DNA of 64,000 nucleotides from an uncultured Bacteroidota bacterium. GTDB lineage: Bacteria; Bacteroidota; Bacteroidia; Flavobacteriales; Flavobacteriaceae. The DNA is taken from positions 52,495 to 116,494 of the forward strand of contig CACEJV010000001.1 in NCBI GenBank assembly GCA_902559905.1, read 5' to 3'. Each line of letters starts with the position of its first letter. The stretch's first letter is position 1. Made by a program: the position numbers and the translations under genes. The notes under the pieces were generated by a model. That model worked only from the letters and a program-made list of their open reading frames with translations, had not been told where the DNA came from and did no database searches. Below, piece after piece: positions 18,348 to 30,334 of this stretch.

Positions 18348-19883
18348 TTAAAGCTTTTTTAATAAACTTTTAAGTGTTAATTCACTATCAACAATAGATT
18401 TTAAATCTTCTATGTTTATTCTTTTTTGTTCCATTGAGTCCCTATCTCTTATTGTGAATGAATCATCTTCAATTGTTTGGTGATCAATCGTGATACAATA
18501 TGGAGTCCCAATTGCATCTTGTCTTCTATATCTTCTTCCAATTGCATCTTTTTCATCATAAACAAGATTAATCTTATGACTAAACTCATTCATAACTTTT
18601 CTAGCATATTCTGGAAGTCCATCTTTTTTGAGTAGTGGAAGAACTGCTAATTTGTTTGGAGCAATTTGCTTAGGTATACTCATAACATTTCTTGTAGATC
18701 CATCTTCTAGGGTTTCTAGTTTAAATGAGTTAGATATAATTGCAAGAAACATTCTATCTAAACCAATAGATGTCTCAAGAACATATGGTGTATAGTTCTT
18801 ATCTAATTCAGGATCAAAATATTGAATTTTCTTACCTGAAAGCTCCTCGTGGCTTTTAAGATCGAAATCAGTTCTTGAATGAATACCCTCAAGTTCTTTA
18901 AACCCAAATGGAAAATTAAACTCAATATCGCATGCAGCGTCAGCATAATGTGCAAGTTTATCATGATCATGGTATCTAAATAAACTTGGATCAATACCTA
19001 AATTTAAATGCCAGTTAAGTCTTTTATCTTTCCAATGATTAAACCAATTTTCCTGGGTTCCAGGTTTAATGAAAAATTGCATCTCCATCTGCTCAAATTC
19101 TCTCATTCTAAAGATAAATTGTCTGGCAACAATTTCATTTCTAAACGCCTTACCAGTTTGAGCAATTCCAAAAGGAATTTTCATTCTTGAGGTCTTTTGA
19201 ACATTTAAATAGTTTAAGAAAATTCCTTGAGCAGTTTCAGGTCTTAAATATAAATCCATACTTGACTCTTCAGAAGCTCCTAACTTAGTACTAAACATAA
19301 GGTTAAACTGTCTGACTTCTGTCCAATTACATGTTCCTGAAATTGGACATTTAATTTCCATATCGTCAATTATTTTTTTTACTTCTACCAAATCATCTTT
19401 TTCAAACGCTGATATCATTCTTGATTTTAATTCATTAATCTGATTTGTTATTTCTAAAATTTTTGGGCTAGTATTTAAGAACTGAACTTTATCAAATTTT
19501 TCTTTAAATCTTTTTTCAGCTTTTTGAACTTCTTTTTGAATTTTAGAATTTAGCTTTTCAATAAATTCTTCAATTAGAACATCAGCCCTATATCTTTTTT
19601 TTGAGTCCTTATTATCAATAAGAGGATCATTAAAAGCATCTACATGGCCTGATGCAACCCAAGTCTTTGGATGCATAAATATTGCAGAATCTATACCTAC
19701 AATATTTTCATTTAGCTGAACCATGGACCTCCACCAATATTCTCTGATATTATTTTTTAAAAGCACACCATTATGACCATAGTCATAAATTGCATTAAGG
19801 CCTTCATAAATTTCACTTGAGGGGAATATAAATCCATACTCTTTTGAGTGTGAAATAATTTTCTTGAATGAGTCTTTCTCCAT
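18348..19883 (-). CDS. glyQS: glycine--tRNA ligase, dimeric alpha2 type
   Basis: 511-aa class II aaRS: YLRPETAQGIF, FRNEI..R.FIFRMREFEQMEMQFF, ETSIGLDRM. There is no gap to xth. Confidence 0.94.
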   Translation of the reverse strand: MEKDSFKKIISHSKEYGFIFPSSEIYEGLNAIYDYGHNGVLLKNNIREYWWRSMVQLNENIVGIDSAIFMHPKTWVASGHVDAFNDPLIDNKDSKKRYRADVLIEEFIEKLNSKIQKEVQKAEKRFKEKFDKVQFLNTSPKILEITNQINELKSRMISAFEKDDLVEVKKIIDDMEIKCPISGTCNWTEVRQFNLMFSTKLGASEESSMDLYLRPETAQGIFLNYLNVQKTSRMKIPFGIAQTGKAFRNEIVARQFIFRMREFEQMEMQFFIKPGTQENWFNHWKDKRLNWHLNLGIDPSLFRYHDHDKLAHYADAACDIEFNFPFGFKELEGIHSRTDFDLKSHEELSGKKIQYFDPELDKNYTPYVLETSIGLDRMFLAIISNSFKLETLEDGSTRNVMSIPKQIAPNKLAVLPLLKKDGLPEYARKVMNEFSHKINLVYDEKDAIGRRYRRQDAIGTPYCITIDHQTIEDDSFTIRDRDSMEQKRINIEDLKSIVDSELTLKSLLKKL

Positions 19884-19893
19884 GAGTATATTG

Positions 19894-19901
19894 CAAAAAT
19901 A
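19894..19901 (-). promoter_or_regulatory. candidate -7 promoter box (TATTTTTG on the minus strand)
   Basis: Plus strand CAAAAATA, 10 nt upstream of the glyQS start. Confidence 0.35.
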
Positions 19902-19949
19902 GTTCTTTTTACTATTTTAAATACTTTAATTTGTATTTGAATTTATTCA

Positions 19950-21584
19950 ATGAAGAATTTAGTTTACATATTATTTTCACTAATTATACTTTTTGGTTGT
20001 GCTAAAAGAGGAACCCCAACTGGTGGACCCAAAGACAGCATCCCCCCTATTTTAGTTAATGCTAGCCCAAAATTAAATTCAACAAATTTTGATTCAGAGG
20101 AAATTAGACTAACTTTTGATGAATGGATTAAACTGGATAAGGTTCAAGATCAATTAGTAATTTCTCCTCCATTAGAAAAATCATCTTATGAAATTAAACC
20201 TCTAACTGGAGTTACAAAGAAAGTGTTTTTAACTTTTTTGGATAGCTTAGAAGCTGAGACTACTTACACAATTAATTTTGGTAATAGTATTAAGGACAAT
20301 AATGAAAATAATCCCCTAACATTTTTCAGCTATACGTTTTCTACAGGGGAGACAATCGACTCTCTTTATGTTAGGGGGAATACTAAAGATGCATTTAGTC
20401 AAGAATCTGATGAATTTATATCACTTCAATTGTATCGCGTAGATTCATTATTTAAAGACTCCATAATTTTTCAAGATAAACCCACATATATTTCCAATAC
20501 ACTTGATTCAACTAATTACAAATTTCAAAATTTAAAAGAAGGAAAATATTTATTAATTGCATTAAAAGATGTAGATAATAATTATTTTTTTGATCCTTTT
20601 TTTGATAAAATTGGATTTATAGACTCACTGATAACTCTACCTAGAGATTCAGTTATTGATCTAAAACTTTTTAAAGAAGAAACTGAAATAATATGGGATA
20701 AGCCTCACTTTATTAATAGCGAAAAAATTGGATTTGGTTATTACGGAAAATTAGATTTAGATAAAATAAAAATTGAGTCTAATATTCCTGATTCAGTTAA
20801 TTATGTGTTTATAAAAGAAAAAGAAACTGATACTCTAAATCTATGGCTTTCAAGAAATAGCTTTGATTCATTGAATTTTAGTTTAATTGAGACTGATACA
20901 ACCAAACTTACAACGGTAAAATTTGATAGAAAAAGAGATAGTTTAATTGACTCTTTAAATATAAGTCCCAAGACAGTTTCCGTTATCCATCTAAAAGAGT
21001 CATTTAAGATTTCATCAAACATTCCGTTAAATAAGATTGAAGACTCACTTATTACTATCAGAGATATTGACTCACTTATTATACCATTTACAACAAGTAT
21101 TAACGATAGGTTAGATGGAATCGATATTGATTTTGAAGTTTCACCATCGGACGATTATAGTATATTTATAAAACCAAGAGCAATTAAAGATATTCGAGGT
21201 ACAGAAAATGACACCCTACAGTTTAATGTTGTTAGTCAAACTTTAGAAGATTATGGAAATGTTTTTCTTGATGTTATATCAAATAATGATTCTAAATATA
21301 TCCTTCACTTGTTAGACTCAAATTCTAATATTATCAGAGAGTTTAACAATGTTAATTCAAATTCAACATATATTTTTGATTATATAAGACCCGGAAAATA
21401 CACTTTTAGGTTAATTGAAGATCTAAACTCAAATGATATTTGGGATACTGGAAATTATTTAAAACAAGTACAACCTGAACCAGTATATTATTTTCCTAAT
21501 GAGCTTGATGTTAGGGCAAATTGGGATCTTAATGAAACATTTAATTTAAATCTTTTAAATTCTTTAAAAGATTCAATAAACTAA
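19950..21584 (+). CDS. lipoprotein with N-terminal Ig-like (SbsA/Big_5-like) domain, function unknown
   Basis: Lipobox LFGCAKRGTPTGGPKDSIPP, typical of a conserved Bacteroidota family. The rest of the protein has beta-rich repeats. Confidence 0.55.
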   Translation: MKNLVYILFSLIILFGCAKRGTPTGGPKDSIPPILVNASPKLNSTNFDSEEIRLTFDEWIKLDKVQDQLVISPPLEKSSYEIKPLTGVTKKVFLTFLDSLEAETTYTINFGNSIKDNNENNPLTFFSYTFSTGETIDSLYVRGNTKDAFSQESDEFISLQLYRVDSLFKDSIIFQDKPTYISNTLDSTNYKFQNLKEGKYLLIALKDVDNNYFFDPFFDKIGFIDSLITLPRDSVIDLKLFKEETEIIWDKPHFINSEKIGFGYYGKLDLDKIKIESNIPDSVNYVFIKEKETDTLNLWLSRNSFDSLNFSLIETDTTKLTTVKFDRKRDSLIDSLNISPKTVSVIHLKESFKISSNIPLNKIEDSLITIRDIDSLIIPFTTSINDRLDGIDIDFEVSPSDDYSIFIKPRAIKDIRGTENDTLQFNVVSQTLEDYGNVFLDVISNNDSKYILHLLDSNSNIIREFNNVNSNSTYIFDYIRPGKYTFRLIEDLNSNDIWDTGNYLKQVQPEPVYYFPNELDVRANWDLNETFNLNLLNSLKDSIN

Positions 21585-21589
21585 AGTTT

Positions 21590-22717
21590 ATGAAAAGAAA
21601 ATTTTTACTACTTATTCTGTTTTTTGTATCAAACTCATTTAGTCAAACAACTTATTTTCCAACAGAAAAATGGGAGACTAGACCTCCATCTGAATTTGGT
21701 TACAACGAAAAAAAAATAAACCAAGCAATAGATTTTGTTATTAAAAATCAAAACCCGGGAAACAAGGATTTAAGAGTTGAAATTTTAAAAGGATTTTCCT
21801 CCGAACCATATCATAGCATATTAGGTCCTACTAAAAAAAGAGATGAGACTAATGGATTAATAATAAAAGATGGTTACATAATTGCATCTTGGGGTGATAC
21901 TAAAAGAGTAGATATGACATTTAGTGTTACAAAAAGCTATTTATCTGCTGTAACTGGTATTGCTTATGATAATAAACTAATTAAGTCTGAAGAAGATTAT
22001 GTTTCAAATTATTTATGGGATAAAACTTTTAATGGTAACAAGAATAGTAGAATTACATGGGAACATCTTCTTAATCAATCTTCTGACTGGGCAGGAAGCT
22101 TATGGGGTATAAATGATTGGGAAGACAGACCAGATACCTCAAAAGAGATTGATGATTGGAGGTCAGAACCTCAAAAAGAACCAGGTACATTTTATAAATA
22201 CAATGATGTTAGAGTAAACGTTTTAGCTTATTCTCTTCTTCATGTTTTTAGAGAACCTCTTCCAAAAGTTTTAAAAAAATATATAATGGATCCAATTGGA
22301 GCTTCCAGTTCATGGAGGTGGTATGGATATGAAAATTCATGGATAAATTTAGATGGTGTAATGACACAATCAGTTTCTGGAGGAGGACATAATGGAGGGG
22401 GGATATTTATAAACTCTGAAGATCATGCAAGATTTGGTTTATTATATTTAAATAATGGTGTTTGGGATAACAAAAGAATTATCTCGAAAGAGTGGATTGA
22501 TAAATCCTTAAATCCTTCGACAACAAATCCTGAATATGGATTTATGTGGTGGTTAAATACACAATGGAATAATCTTCCTGATAACCTATATTATGGTAGT
22601 GGTTTTGGCGGGAACTATATTGTAGTTATTCCCGATGAAAACATGGTTGTTGTTGGAAGATGGTTAGGAAGAAATACTATTGGTGATTTTATAGAAATGA
22701 TTTTAAAATCTAAATAG
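21590..22717 (+). CDS. secreted serine hydrolase, beta-lactamase family
   Basis: Signal peptide, S-x-x-K motif FSVTKSY, and YKYNDVRVN. Confidence 0.78.
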   Translation: MKRKFLLLILFFVSNSFSQTTYFPTEKWETRPPSEFGYNEKKINQAIDFVIKNQNPGNKDLRVEILKGFSSEPYHSILGPTKKRDETNGLIIKDGYIIASWGDTKRVDMTFSVTKSYLSAVTGIAYDNKLIKSEEDYVSNYLWDKTFNGNKNSRITWEHLLNQSSDWAGSLWGINDWEDRPDTSKEIDDWRSEPQKEPGTFYKYNDVRVNVLAYSLLHVFREPLPKVLKKYIMDPIGASSSWRWYGYENSWINLDGVMTQSVSGGGHNGGGIFINSEDHARFGLLYLNNGVWDNKRIISKEWIDKSLNPSTTNPEYGFMWWLNTQWNNLPDNLYYGSGFGGNYIVVIPDENMVVVGRWLGRNTIGDFIEMILKSK

Positions 22718-22718
22718 A

Positions 22719-23459
22719 TTAAAGCTTAGCTTTTAGAAATTCTTTATTCATCCTTGCAATGTTTTTAATTGATATTCCTTTTGGACACTCAACCTCGCAT
22801 GCTCCTGTATTAGTACAATTACCAAAGCCTTCTTCATCCATTTGCTTTACCATATTAAGAACTCTATCTTTTGCTTCGACTTGTCCTTGAGGTAAATATG
22901 AGAACTGGGATACTTTTGCTGATACAAAAAGCATTGCTGAAGCATTTTTACAAGTTGCAACACAAGCTCCACAACCTATACATGTAGCTGCATCAAAGGC
23001 ATTATCTGCATCTTCTTTTCTAATTGGAATTGTATTTGCGTCTTGTGTATTACCTGAAGTATTTATACTAATATATCCACCTGCATGTTGAATCCTATCA
23101 AAAGACTTTCTGTCAACAACTAAATCTTTAATGACTGGAAATGAACTAGCTCTAAATGGCTCAATAACTATTGAGTCTCCGTCTTGAAACTTTCTCATAT
23201 GCAGTTGACAAGTTGTGATTCCAGTATCAGGACCGTGAGCTCTCCCATTTATAAATAAAGAGCAACTTCCACAAATACCCTCTCTACAATCATGATCAAA
23301 TGCAACCGGGTCAACTCCTTCCATAATTAATTTCTCGTTTAAAACATCCATCATTTCAAGGAAAGACATATCAGGAGTTATTTCATCAATTTCATAATTT
23401 TGAAAAGATCCATTTGAATCTGCGTTAGTTTGTCTCCATATTTTTAAGTATAACTTCAT
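22719..23459 (-). CDS. sdhB: succinate dehydrogenase/fumarate reductase iron-sulfur subunit
   Basis: Three Fe-S cluster motifs: [38 protein letters not shown]. Confidence 0.94.
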   Translation of the reverse strand: MKLYLKIWRQTNADSNGSFQNYEIDEITPDMSFLEMMDVLNEKLIMEGVDPVAFDHDCREGICGSCSLFINGRAHGPDTGITTCQLHMRKFQDGDSIVIEPFRASSFPVIKDLVVDRKSFDRIQHAGGYISINTSGNTQDANTIPIRKEDADNAFDAATCIGCGACVATCKNASAMLFVSAKVSQFSYLPQGQVEAKDRVLNMVKQMDEEGFGNCTNTGACEVECPKGISIKNIARMNKEFLKAKL

Positions 23460-23479
23460 ATTAATACTTTACTAGTTCA

Positions 23480-25483
23480 TTATTTGTAAGATCTTGTTTT
23501 AATCTCTATATCTTCATACTCCAAGTCTTCTTTATGAAGTATTGGCTTTGAAGGATCATCATTATATTCCCAAGCTGAAACAAATTTAAATTTTTTATCA
23601 TCTCTTATTGCCTCTCCATCATCTGTTTGAAACTCTTCTCTAAAGTGTCCTCCACAGGACTCATTTCTTTCAAGAGCATCAATTGCAAATAGTTCCCCAA
23701 GCTCTAGAAAATCAGAGACTCTAGTTGCTTTAGCAAGTTGCTCGTTAAATTCATTTAATCCACCAGGTATTTTTACATTTTTGTGAAAGTCTTCTCTTAA
23801 TTCTTTGATTTCTTTTATAGCAGACTTTAAATCTTTTTCATTTCTTGACATACCACATTTATTCCACATTATTTTACCTAACTTTTTATGGTAATAGTCT
23901 ACTGATTTTTCACCTTTGTTTGATATTAGCTTTTTTAATTTTGCTGATATTTCTTTTTCACTTTTATCAAATTCCGGAAGATCAGTAGAAATTTCACCAG
24001 TACTAATTTCATTTGACAGATAATCTCCAATAGTATATGGTAATACAAAATAACCATCTGCTAATCCCTGCATTAATGCTGATGCACCAAGTCTATTAGC
24101 ACCGTGGTCTGAGAAGTTTGCCTCACCAATTGCAAAACATCCAGGGATAGATGTCATTAAGTTATAGTCAACCCATACACCTCCCATGGTATAATGAACA
24201 GCTGGATATATTTTCATTGGTAATTCATATGGATTCTCGTCAACTATTTTCTCATACATCTGGAATAAATTACCATATTTTTGTTTGACAATTTCCTTTC
24301 CTAGTTTAGACACTAACTTTGAGTCAGATGAATCAAGCCCGCTGACTTTTGCCTTCTCTTCACCATATCTTATAATAGCATGAGAGAAATCTAAGTATAC
24401 TGCTTCACCAGTTTTATTAACTCCGTAGCCATTATCACACCTCTCTTTAGCAGCTCTTGAAGCGATATCTCTTGGTACAAGATTTCCAAAAGCAGGATAT
24501 TTTCTCTCTAAATAATAATCTCTTTTATCTTCTGGAATATCAACAGGTGATAATTTTCCCTCCCTTATTAATTTTGCATCAGCTTTTTCTTTTGGCACCC
24601 ATATTCTTCCATCATTTCTTAGTGATTCAGACATTAGGGTCAACTTTGACTGATAATCACCTGAAACAGGGATACATGTTGGATGTATTTGTGTAAAACA
24701 AGGGTTAGCAAAAAAAGCACCTTTTTTATGAATTTTCCAGGCTGCAGATACATTACTTCCCATAGCATTAGTAGAAAGAAAGAAAATGTTTCCATATCCA
24801 CCAGATGCAATTACTACAGCATGTGCAGAGTGTCTTTCAATTTCACCATTAACTAGGTTTCTAGCAATAATACCTCGAGCTTTACCTTTTACAATAACAA
24901 TATCCATCATTTCATGTCTACTGTACATCTTAATTTTACCACGAGCAATTTGTCTGTTCATTGCAGAGTAAGCACCAAGTAGAAGCTGTTGACCTGTTTG
25001 ACCCTTAGCATAAAAAGTTCTTGAAACTTGCACGCCACCAAAAGATCTATTATCTAAAAGTCCACCATAGTCTCTAGCAAATGGTACTCCCTGTGCAACA
25101 CATTGGTCAATTATATTTCCTGAGACTTCAGCAAGTCTATAAACATTTGCTTCTCTTGACCTGTAATCTCCACCTTTTATGGTATCATAAAAAAGTCTGT
25201 AAGTTGAATCCCCATCACCTTGATAGTTTTTTGCAGCATTTATTCCTCCCTGAGCAGCAATTGAATGAGCTCGTCTTGGTGAATCTTGAAAACAGAATGA
25301 TTTAACATTATAACCGAGTTCAGCCAGAGTAGCAGACGCAGATGCACCAGCTAGTCCAGTCCCAACAACAATAACATCAATATTTCTTTTATTTGATGGG
25401 CTAACAAGGTTGATCTTTCCTTTGTGATTTGTCCATTTACCTGCTAAGGGGCCATTTGGTATTTTAGAATTTAATTTATTCAT
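23480..25483 (-). CDS. sdhA: succinate dehydrogenase/fumarate reductase flavoprotein subunit
   Basis: FAD fold [46 protein letters not shown]. The 667-aa Bacteroidota-type long form. Confidence 0.95.
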   Translation of the reverse strand: MNKLNSKIPNGPLAGKWTNHKGKINLVSPSNKRNIDVIVVGTGLAGASASATLAELGYNVKSFCFQDSPRRAHSIAAQGGINAAKNYQGDGDSTYRLFYDTIKGGDYRSREANVYRLAEVSGNIIDQCVAQGVPFARDYGGLLDNRSFGGVQVSRTFYAKGQTGQQLLLGAYSAMNRQIARGKIKMYSRHEMMDIVIVKGKARGIIARNLVNGEIERHSAHAVVIASGGYGNIFFLSTNAMGSNVSAAWKIHKKGAFFANPCFTQIHPTCIPVSGDYQSKLTLMSESLRNDGRIWVPKEKADAKLIREGKLSPVDIPEDKRDYYLERKYPAFGNLVPRDIASRAAKERCDNGYGVNKTGEAVYLDFSHAIIRYGEEKAKVSGLDSSDSKLVSKLGKEIVKQKYGNLFQMYEKIVDENPYELPMKIYPAVHYTMGGVWVDYNLMTSIPGCFAIGEANFSDHGANRLGASALMQGLADGYFVLPYTIGDYLSNEISTGEISTDLPEFDKSEKEISAKLKKLISNKGEKSVDYYHKKLGKIMWNKCGMSRNEKDLKSAIKEIKELREDFHKNVKIPGGLNEFNEQLAKATRVSDFLELGELFAIDALERNESCGGHFREEFQTDDGEAIRDDKKFKFVSAWEYNDDPSKPILHKEDLEYEDIEIKTRSYK

Positions 25484-26136
25484 GCTGTAAGATTATGGAA
25501 TATCGCTATAAATACGAACCCTGCAGGTATTATTACTGAAAATAGGAAAGTACCTTTTTGAATTAAATTATAATACTTGGAATCAACTCCAACTGTTTTA
25601 AAAGAAGAACTAAAACCATGTAACAGGTGTAATGCTAAAAAAATAAAAGAGAAAGAGTAAATAGCAGTTTTTAAAGGACTTTCAAATTTGTGAACTAACT
25701 CTTCAAAATATCTATTAGGATCCTCTGGTAGAACTTCAACATATTTATAATTCATCTCAGGTATCCAAAAATCAATAAAATGAATTACTAAAAAAACCAG
25801 TATGACTCCGCCGCTAAAAATCATATTTCTAGAAATCCATGAAGAATTTGAACCACCAGAAAATTTTGAGTAATTATTTTTTCTTGACTTTGCATTTAAA
25901 ATTTCAAGGTAAAATCCCATTACAAAGTGGAAAATGACTCCAAATATCAATATTGGTTGAAGAACAAACTGTACTAAAGGATTAGTTCCCATAAAATGGG
26001 AGAGTTTATTGAATATATCCTCACTAAATACAGAAGTTACATTAATTAAAAAGTGTTGTGTTAAAAACACAACCAAGAAGAGGCCCGAAAGAGCCATTAA
26101 TATTTTTCGTCCAATCGAAGAACTAAATAATTTCAT
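25480..26136 (-). CDS. sdhC: succinate dehydrogenase cytochrome b subunit (b558 family)
   Basis: 218 aa with 5 TM helices and conserved His residues. It overlaps sdhA by 4 nt, giving the sdhCAB order. Confidence 0.85.
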   Translation of the reverse strand: MKLFSSSIGRKILMALSGLFLVVFLTQHFLINVTSVFSEDIFNKLSHFMGTNPLVQFVLQPILIFGVIFHFVMGFYLEILNAKSRKNNYSKFSGGSNSSWISRNMIFSGGVILVFLVIHFIDFWIPEMNYKYVEVLPEDPNRYFEELVHKFESPLKTAIYSFSFIFLALHLLHGFSSSFKTVGVDSKYYNLIQKGTFLFSVIIPAGFVFIAIFHNLTA

Positions 26137-26153
26137 CTACATTAATTCTACAA

Positions 26154-26161
26154 CAAAATTA
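26154..26161 (-). promoter_or_regulatory. candidate -7 promoter box (TAATTTTG on the minus strand) for sdhCAB
   Basis: Plus strand CAAAATTA, 17 nt upstream of the sdhC start. Confidence 0.4.
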
Positions 26162-26181
26162 ATGCATAAACGTTTAAATAA

Positions 26182-28965
26182 CTACTGAATTTGGAATTCC
26201 TTTTCTAAATTATCGTTATCCGTAATAATTAAAACCTTATACAAACCTTTATCTAAATATTCATTATTATCCATTAAATCATAATTAACAAAGTTGAATC
26301 CCTTATCTAGTTTGCCTTCACTTTTGTATACATTATTTCCATTAGAGTCATTAATTGAAATATTATAATTAGTTGACAAAGATGAAAATAGAGTAATATC
26401 AAGCTTTGGAGCATAAGCTTGGCTCCAAATACTTCTTTGAACACCCCAAGAGTCAGACTTTTTTATGTTATTCAATGGATATATGTATAATGAAGATTCA
26501 AGTATTTCGTCTGATAAATCTTGGATTTTTTTAATATCAGCTAGATAGATTGATCTTCCATGTGTTCCAACTAATAAATGTTGTTCATCAGTCTGAATAA
26601 CTAAATCGTGCACAGCTGCAGATGTAAGACCTTTATTAAATGGCTCCCATGTTTTTCCTTGATTTAATGATATGTATACTCCATGGTCGTTTCCAACATA
26701 TAAAATGTTTTTATTCAGATTGTCCTCTATCACAACATTTATAGGAGAATCTGGTAGATTTGAACTTATAGACTCCCATGTTTTTCCATAGTTGTTACTT
26801 TTAAAAAGATAAGGTGAGAAGTTATCCCATCTATAACCATCCAGAGAAACGTAAATAACTTTCTCATCGTGATGTGAAGCATAAACATTACTAACCCATA
26901 GATCTTGTGGTAGGTTATCAGAGATATTCTTCCATGTTTTTCCACCATTTTTTGTTACATGAATAAGACCGTCATCACTTCCGACATATATTACTCCTTC
27001 TGTAACAGGGGATTCTGAAATTGTAGTAATTGTCCCATATGGCACATTCCCTTTTTTACCACCTTTGGTTAAATCTTCAGATATATTTTTCCAATCATCT
27101 CCTTGATTAGTTGACTTATGTAAGAAATTTGAGCCAAGATAAAGTACATCTTGATTATGTGGTGATAATAAAATAGGAGTCTGCCAGTTAAATCTAAAAG
27201 GGGACTGACCTAGTTCATGTATTGGTTTAATAGACTTTCTTTTACCGGAATCTAGATCTAACCTCGCGTAAAAACCAAATTGATATCCTGTAAAGACAAT
27301 ATTTGGATTTGTCTTATCAATTTGGATTTCCATTCCATCTCCACCTAGAATACCTTTCCATGGATATTGACCTGTCATGTTCCATCTTTTACTCTCCACT
27401 GAGTTATGAGGACCCATCCAGACCCCATTATCTTGAAGTCCACCATAAACATTATATGGCTTTTGATAGTCTACATTTATTGCATAAAATTGCCCAACTT
27501 CAGTAGAATTATTTTTTATCCAATTTTCTCCATCATCGTAAGTAATGTTTACCCCTCCATCATTACCATTTATTAAATGCCCTGGTTTTTCTGGATTTAT
27601 CCAGAGGTCATGATGATCAGCATGGACATTTTCCTTACCTATTCTGTAAAAGGTTTTTCCTCCATCATCAGAAGATAAAATTGGAACCCCATAAGTGTAT
27701 ATTTTTTCACTATTATTTGGATCAACATGGATCTTACCGAAGTAATATCCATAGGTATTATAAACTCCATCTAGATATGTATTATGTGTTTTAACCCATT
27801 TTTTTCCTCCATCATTGCTCCTATATACTTCTGCTCCAATTATTGGAGTGTCAAATAATTCAGAGTTTGCATTTACTAAATATTTATACAAATCTTCAGG
27901 TTGAAGTTTTCTATCATTAATATCTTTTTTAATAGCTTCAGGTTTATATTTAGATGGAAATCTATTAGATTTTAAAAAGGCTTTAAGATCATCAGTACTA
28001 ATCTTATTAAAGTTTTCTATTGTCATGCCTATAAAAGATTCTTTAGTTAAACCTTGATTTTCTTCTTTATCATTAGATTCTCTAAAGTTCTGATTATCTA
28101 CAACTGCATAAACTATATTTGTATCAAAAACTGCTAGTCCAATCCTCCCTATTCCAGGCCCAGTTGGAAAACCAGATTCATCATTAGATATTAAGCTCCA
28201 ATTATCTCCTCCATCAATACTTTTATATATACCTGAACCATTCCCATCTTCGTCAAATCTCCAAGCTTTTCTATCTTTTTCCCAAGATGTTGCATACATT
28301 ACATTGAAGTTTCCTGGAGTATCAGACATATCAATAATTCCACTTACATCATTTACATATAATGTCCTGTTCCAGTTTTCCCCACCATCTTTAGTTACAT
28401 ATACACCTCTATTAATATTATTTGAATATAAGTGTCCGGTAACTCCAATTACTACATGATCAGAATTTTCTGGATTTATTAAAATTTTTCCAATATGATG
28501 ACTATCATGTAAACCAACATTTTTCCAGTTTGAACCATCAGCATTTGTCTTTAATATTCCTATACCAGAATATGAGGATCTTGAGGAATTATTTTCTCCT
28601 GTTCCAACCCATAATATTCCATTACCCCAATCCATTGCAATTTCTCCAATATTTTGAGTTGGCCATTCATCAGAAATAGATTGAAATGATGTTCCATTAT
28701 TATCTGTATACCATACTCCCCCTGAAGCATAAGCAACATAGAATTTTGTGGGGTCTTGAGGATTAACCTCCAGTGCAACAACTCTTCCACTCATAATTGT
28801 TGGCCCGATATTTTTAAATTCGATATTTTTAACTCTAGATGATTGGACTAAAATCTCTTTATCCTTGTAGGCCTTAATTATACTTTCAGCATCTGTTGGA
28901 TTTGGTTGAGAAAACATAACAACAGAACTTATTAAGCTTAAAGAAATTGGCAAAAACTTTTTCAT
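26182..28965 (-). CDS. secreted BNR/Asp-box repeat protein (sortilin/VPS10-like double beta-propeller)
   Basis: Signal peptide and many Asp-box S-x-D-x-G-x-T-W variants: TKDGGENW, SIDGGDNW, SNDGGKKW, SDDGGKTF, TKNGGKTW, SNNYGKTW, SLNQGKTW. Confidence 0.8.
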   Translation of the reverse strand: MKKFLPISLSLISSVVMFSQPNPTDAESIIKAYKDKEILVQSSRVKNIEFKNIGPTIMSGRVVALEVNPQDPTKFYVAYASGGVWYTDNNGTSFQSISDEWPTQNIGEIAMDWGNGILWVGTGENNSSRSSYSGIGILKTNADGSNWKNVGLHDSHHIGKILINPENSDHVVIGVTGHLYSNNINRGVYVTKDGGENWNRTLYVNDVSGIIDMSDTPGNFNVMYATSWEKDRKAWRFDEDGNGSGIYKSIDGGDNWSLISNDESGFPTGPGIGRIGLAVFDTNIVYAVVDNQNFRESNDKEENQGLTKESFIGMTIENFNKISTDDLKAFLKSNRFPSKYKPEAIKKDINDRKLQPEDLYKYLVNANSELFDTPIIGAEVYRSNDGGKKWVKTHNTYLDGVYNTYGYYFGKIHVDPNNSEKIYTYGVPILSSDDGGKTFYRIGKENVHADHHDLWINPEKPGHLINGNDGGVNITYDDGENWIKNNSTEVGQFYAINVDYQKPYNVYGGLQDNGVWMGPHNSVESKRWNMTGQYPWKGILGGDGMEIQIDKTNPNIVFTGYQFGFYARLDLDSGKRKSIKPIHELGQSPFRFNWQTPILLSPHNQDVLYLGSNFLHKSTNQGDDWKNISEDLTKGGKKGNVPYGTITTISESPVTEGVIYVGSDDGLIHVTKNGGKTWKNISDNLPQDLWVSNVYASHHDEKVIYVSLDGYRWDNFSPYLFKSNNYGKTWESISSNLPDSPINVVIEDNLNKNILYVGNDHGVYISLNQGKTWEPFNKGLTSAAVHDLVIQTDEQHLLVGTHGRSIYLADIKKIQDLSDEILESSLYIYPLNNIKKSDSWGVQRSIWSQAYAPKLDITLFSSLSTNYNISINDSNGNNVYKSEGKLDKGFNFVNYDLMDNNEYLDKGLYKVLIITDNDNLEKEFQIQ

Positions 28966-29030
28966 AATTTTTAATTTTACCTTTAATTTAAAAACATTAT
29001 ATTAAAAAAGAGTTAATTGATAAAAATAAA

Positions 29031-30323
29031 ATGAGATATACTCCACTGAGTAATTCAATATACAAAAGGAACAGAAGGAATTTCATGAATGAAATGAAGG
29101 GTAATTCTATGGCTGTTTTCAACTCTAATGATATATATCCAGTAAGTGCTGATTCAGAACTACCTTTTGAACAACATAGAGATATTTTTCATCTAACAGG
29201 TATTGATCAAGAAGAAACTATATTATTGTTGTATCCTCCATCAAAAGATGATAAGACAAGAGAAATACTATTTATAAGAAAGTCAGACAATCATACTAAA
29301 GTTTGGGAAGGTGAGAAATTAAGTAAAAAACAGGCAAATGAACTATCTGGTATTGATAGCATATACTTTATTGATGATTTCAAAGATATCCTTAGTTCAA
29401 TTGCAACTAAAGTTGATACTTTTTATATAAATAAAAATGAGCACTATAGAGCAAATTCTCCAGTTGAAACTAGAGAGGATAGATTTATTTCATGGCTATT
29501 AAAAAATTACCCTGCTCACAATGTTGCAAAAAGTAATCCAATTCTTCAAAGACAAAGATCTATTAAGCACCCAGATGAAATTGATCAAATAAAAAAAGCA
29601 TGTGATATAACAAGGAAAGGATTCAACAGAGTCTTAAAATTTATTAAACCTGGTGTATGGGAATATGAAATTGAAGCAGAGTTTATTCATGAATTTATTA
29701 ATAGCTCATCTAAAGGTTTTGCATATTCTCCAATTATTGCCAGTGGAAATGATAATAATGTCCTTCACTATATAAAAAACAATAAGCAATGTAAAAGTGG
29801 GGAATTAATATTAATGGATGTGGGAGCAGAATATGGAAATTATTCTAGTGATATGACTAGAACTATTCCTGTGTCAGGGAAATTTACAAAAAGACAAAAG
29901 GAAATTTACAATGCTGTTTTAAGAGTTAAGAATGAAGCTACTAAATTGTTAACTGTTGGTAACAATTGGAAATTATTTCATGAGCAAGTAGGAGAAATTA
30001 TGACAAAAGAGTTGCTTGAAGTAGGACTCATTGATAAAAATGATATAAAAAATCAGACAAAGAAGAACCCTGCTTACAAAAAATATTTTATGCATGGTAC
30101 TTCACATCACCTTGGACTAGATACTCATGATTATGGACTTCTTGAAGACCCATTCCAAGAGAATATGGTTTTTACTGTGGAACCTGGAATATATATTCCT
30201 GATGAAGGTTTTGGAATAAGGCTGGAAGATGACGTAGTGATTCAATCAAAAGGTGCACCAAGAAATCTTATGAGTGATATTGTAATAGAAGCCGACGAGA
30301 TTGAGGATATGATGAACAAATAA
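29031..30323 (+). CDS. pepP: Xaa-Pro aminopeptidase (M24B)
   Basis: Metal ligand blocks LMDVGAEYGNYSSDMTRT, HGTSHHLGLDTHD, EPGIY, IRLEDDVV. Confidence 0.9.
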   Translation: MRYTPLSNSIYKRNRRNFMNEMKGNSMAVFNSNDIYPVSADSELPFEQHRDIFHLTGIDQEETILLLYPPSKDDKTREILFIRKSDNHTKVWEGEKLSKKQANELSGIDSIYFIDDFKDILSSIATKVDTFYINKNEHYRANSPVETREDRFISWLLKNYPAHNVAKSNPILQRQRSIKHPDEIDQIKKACDITRKGFNRVLKFIKPGVWEYEIEAEFIHEFINSSSKGFAYSPIIASGNDNNVLHYIKNNKQCKSGELILMDVGAEYGNYSSDMTRTIPVSGKFTKRQKEIYNAVLRVKNEATKLLTVGNNWKLFHEQVGEIMTKELLEVGLIDKNDIKNQTKKNPAYKKYFMHGTSHHLGLDTHDYGLLEDPFQENMVFTVEPGIYIPDEGFGIRLEDDVVIQSKGAPRNLMSDIVIEADEIEDMMNK

Positions 30324-30334
30324 CAATCAATACT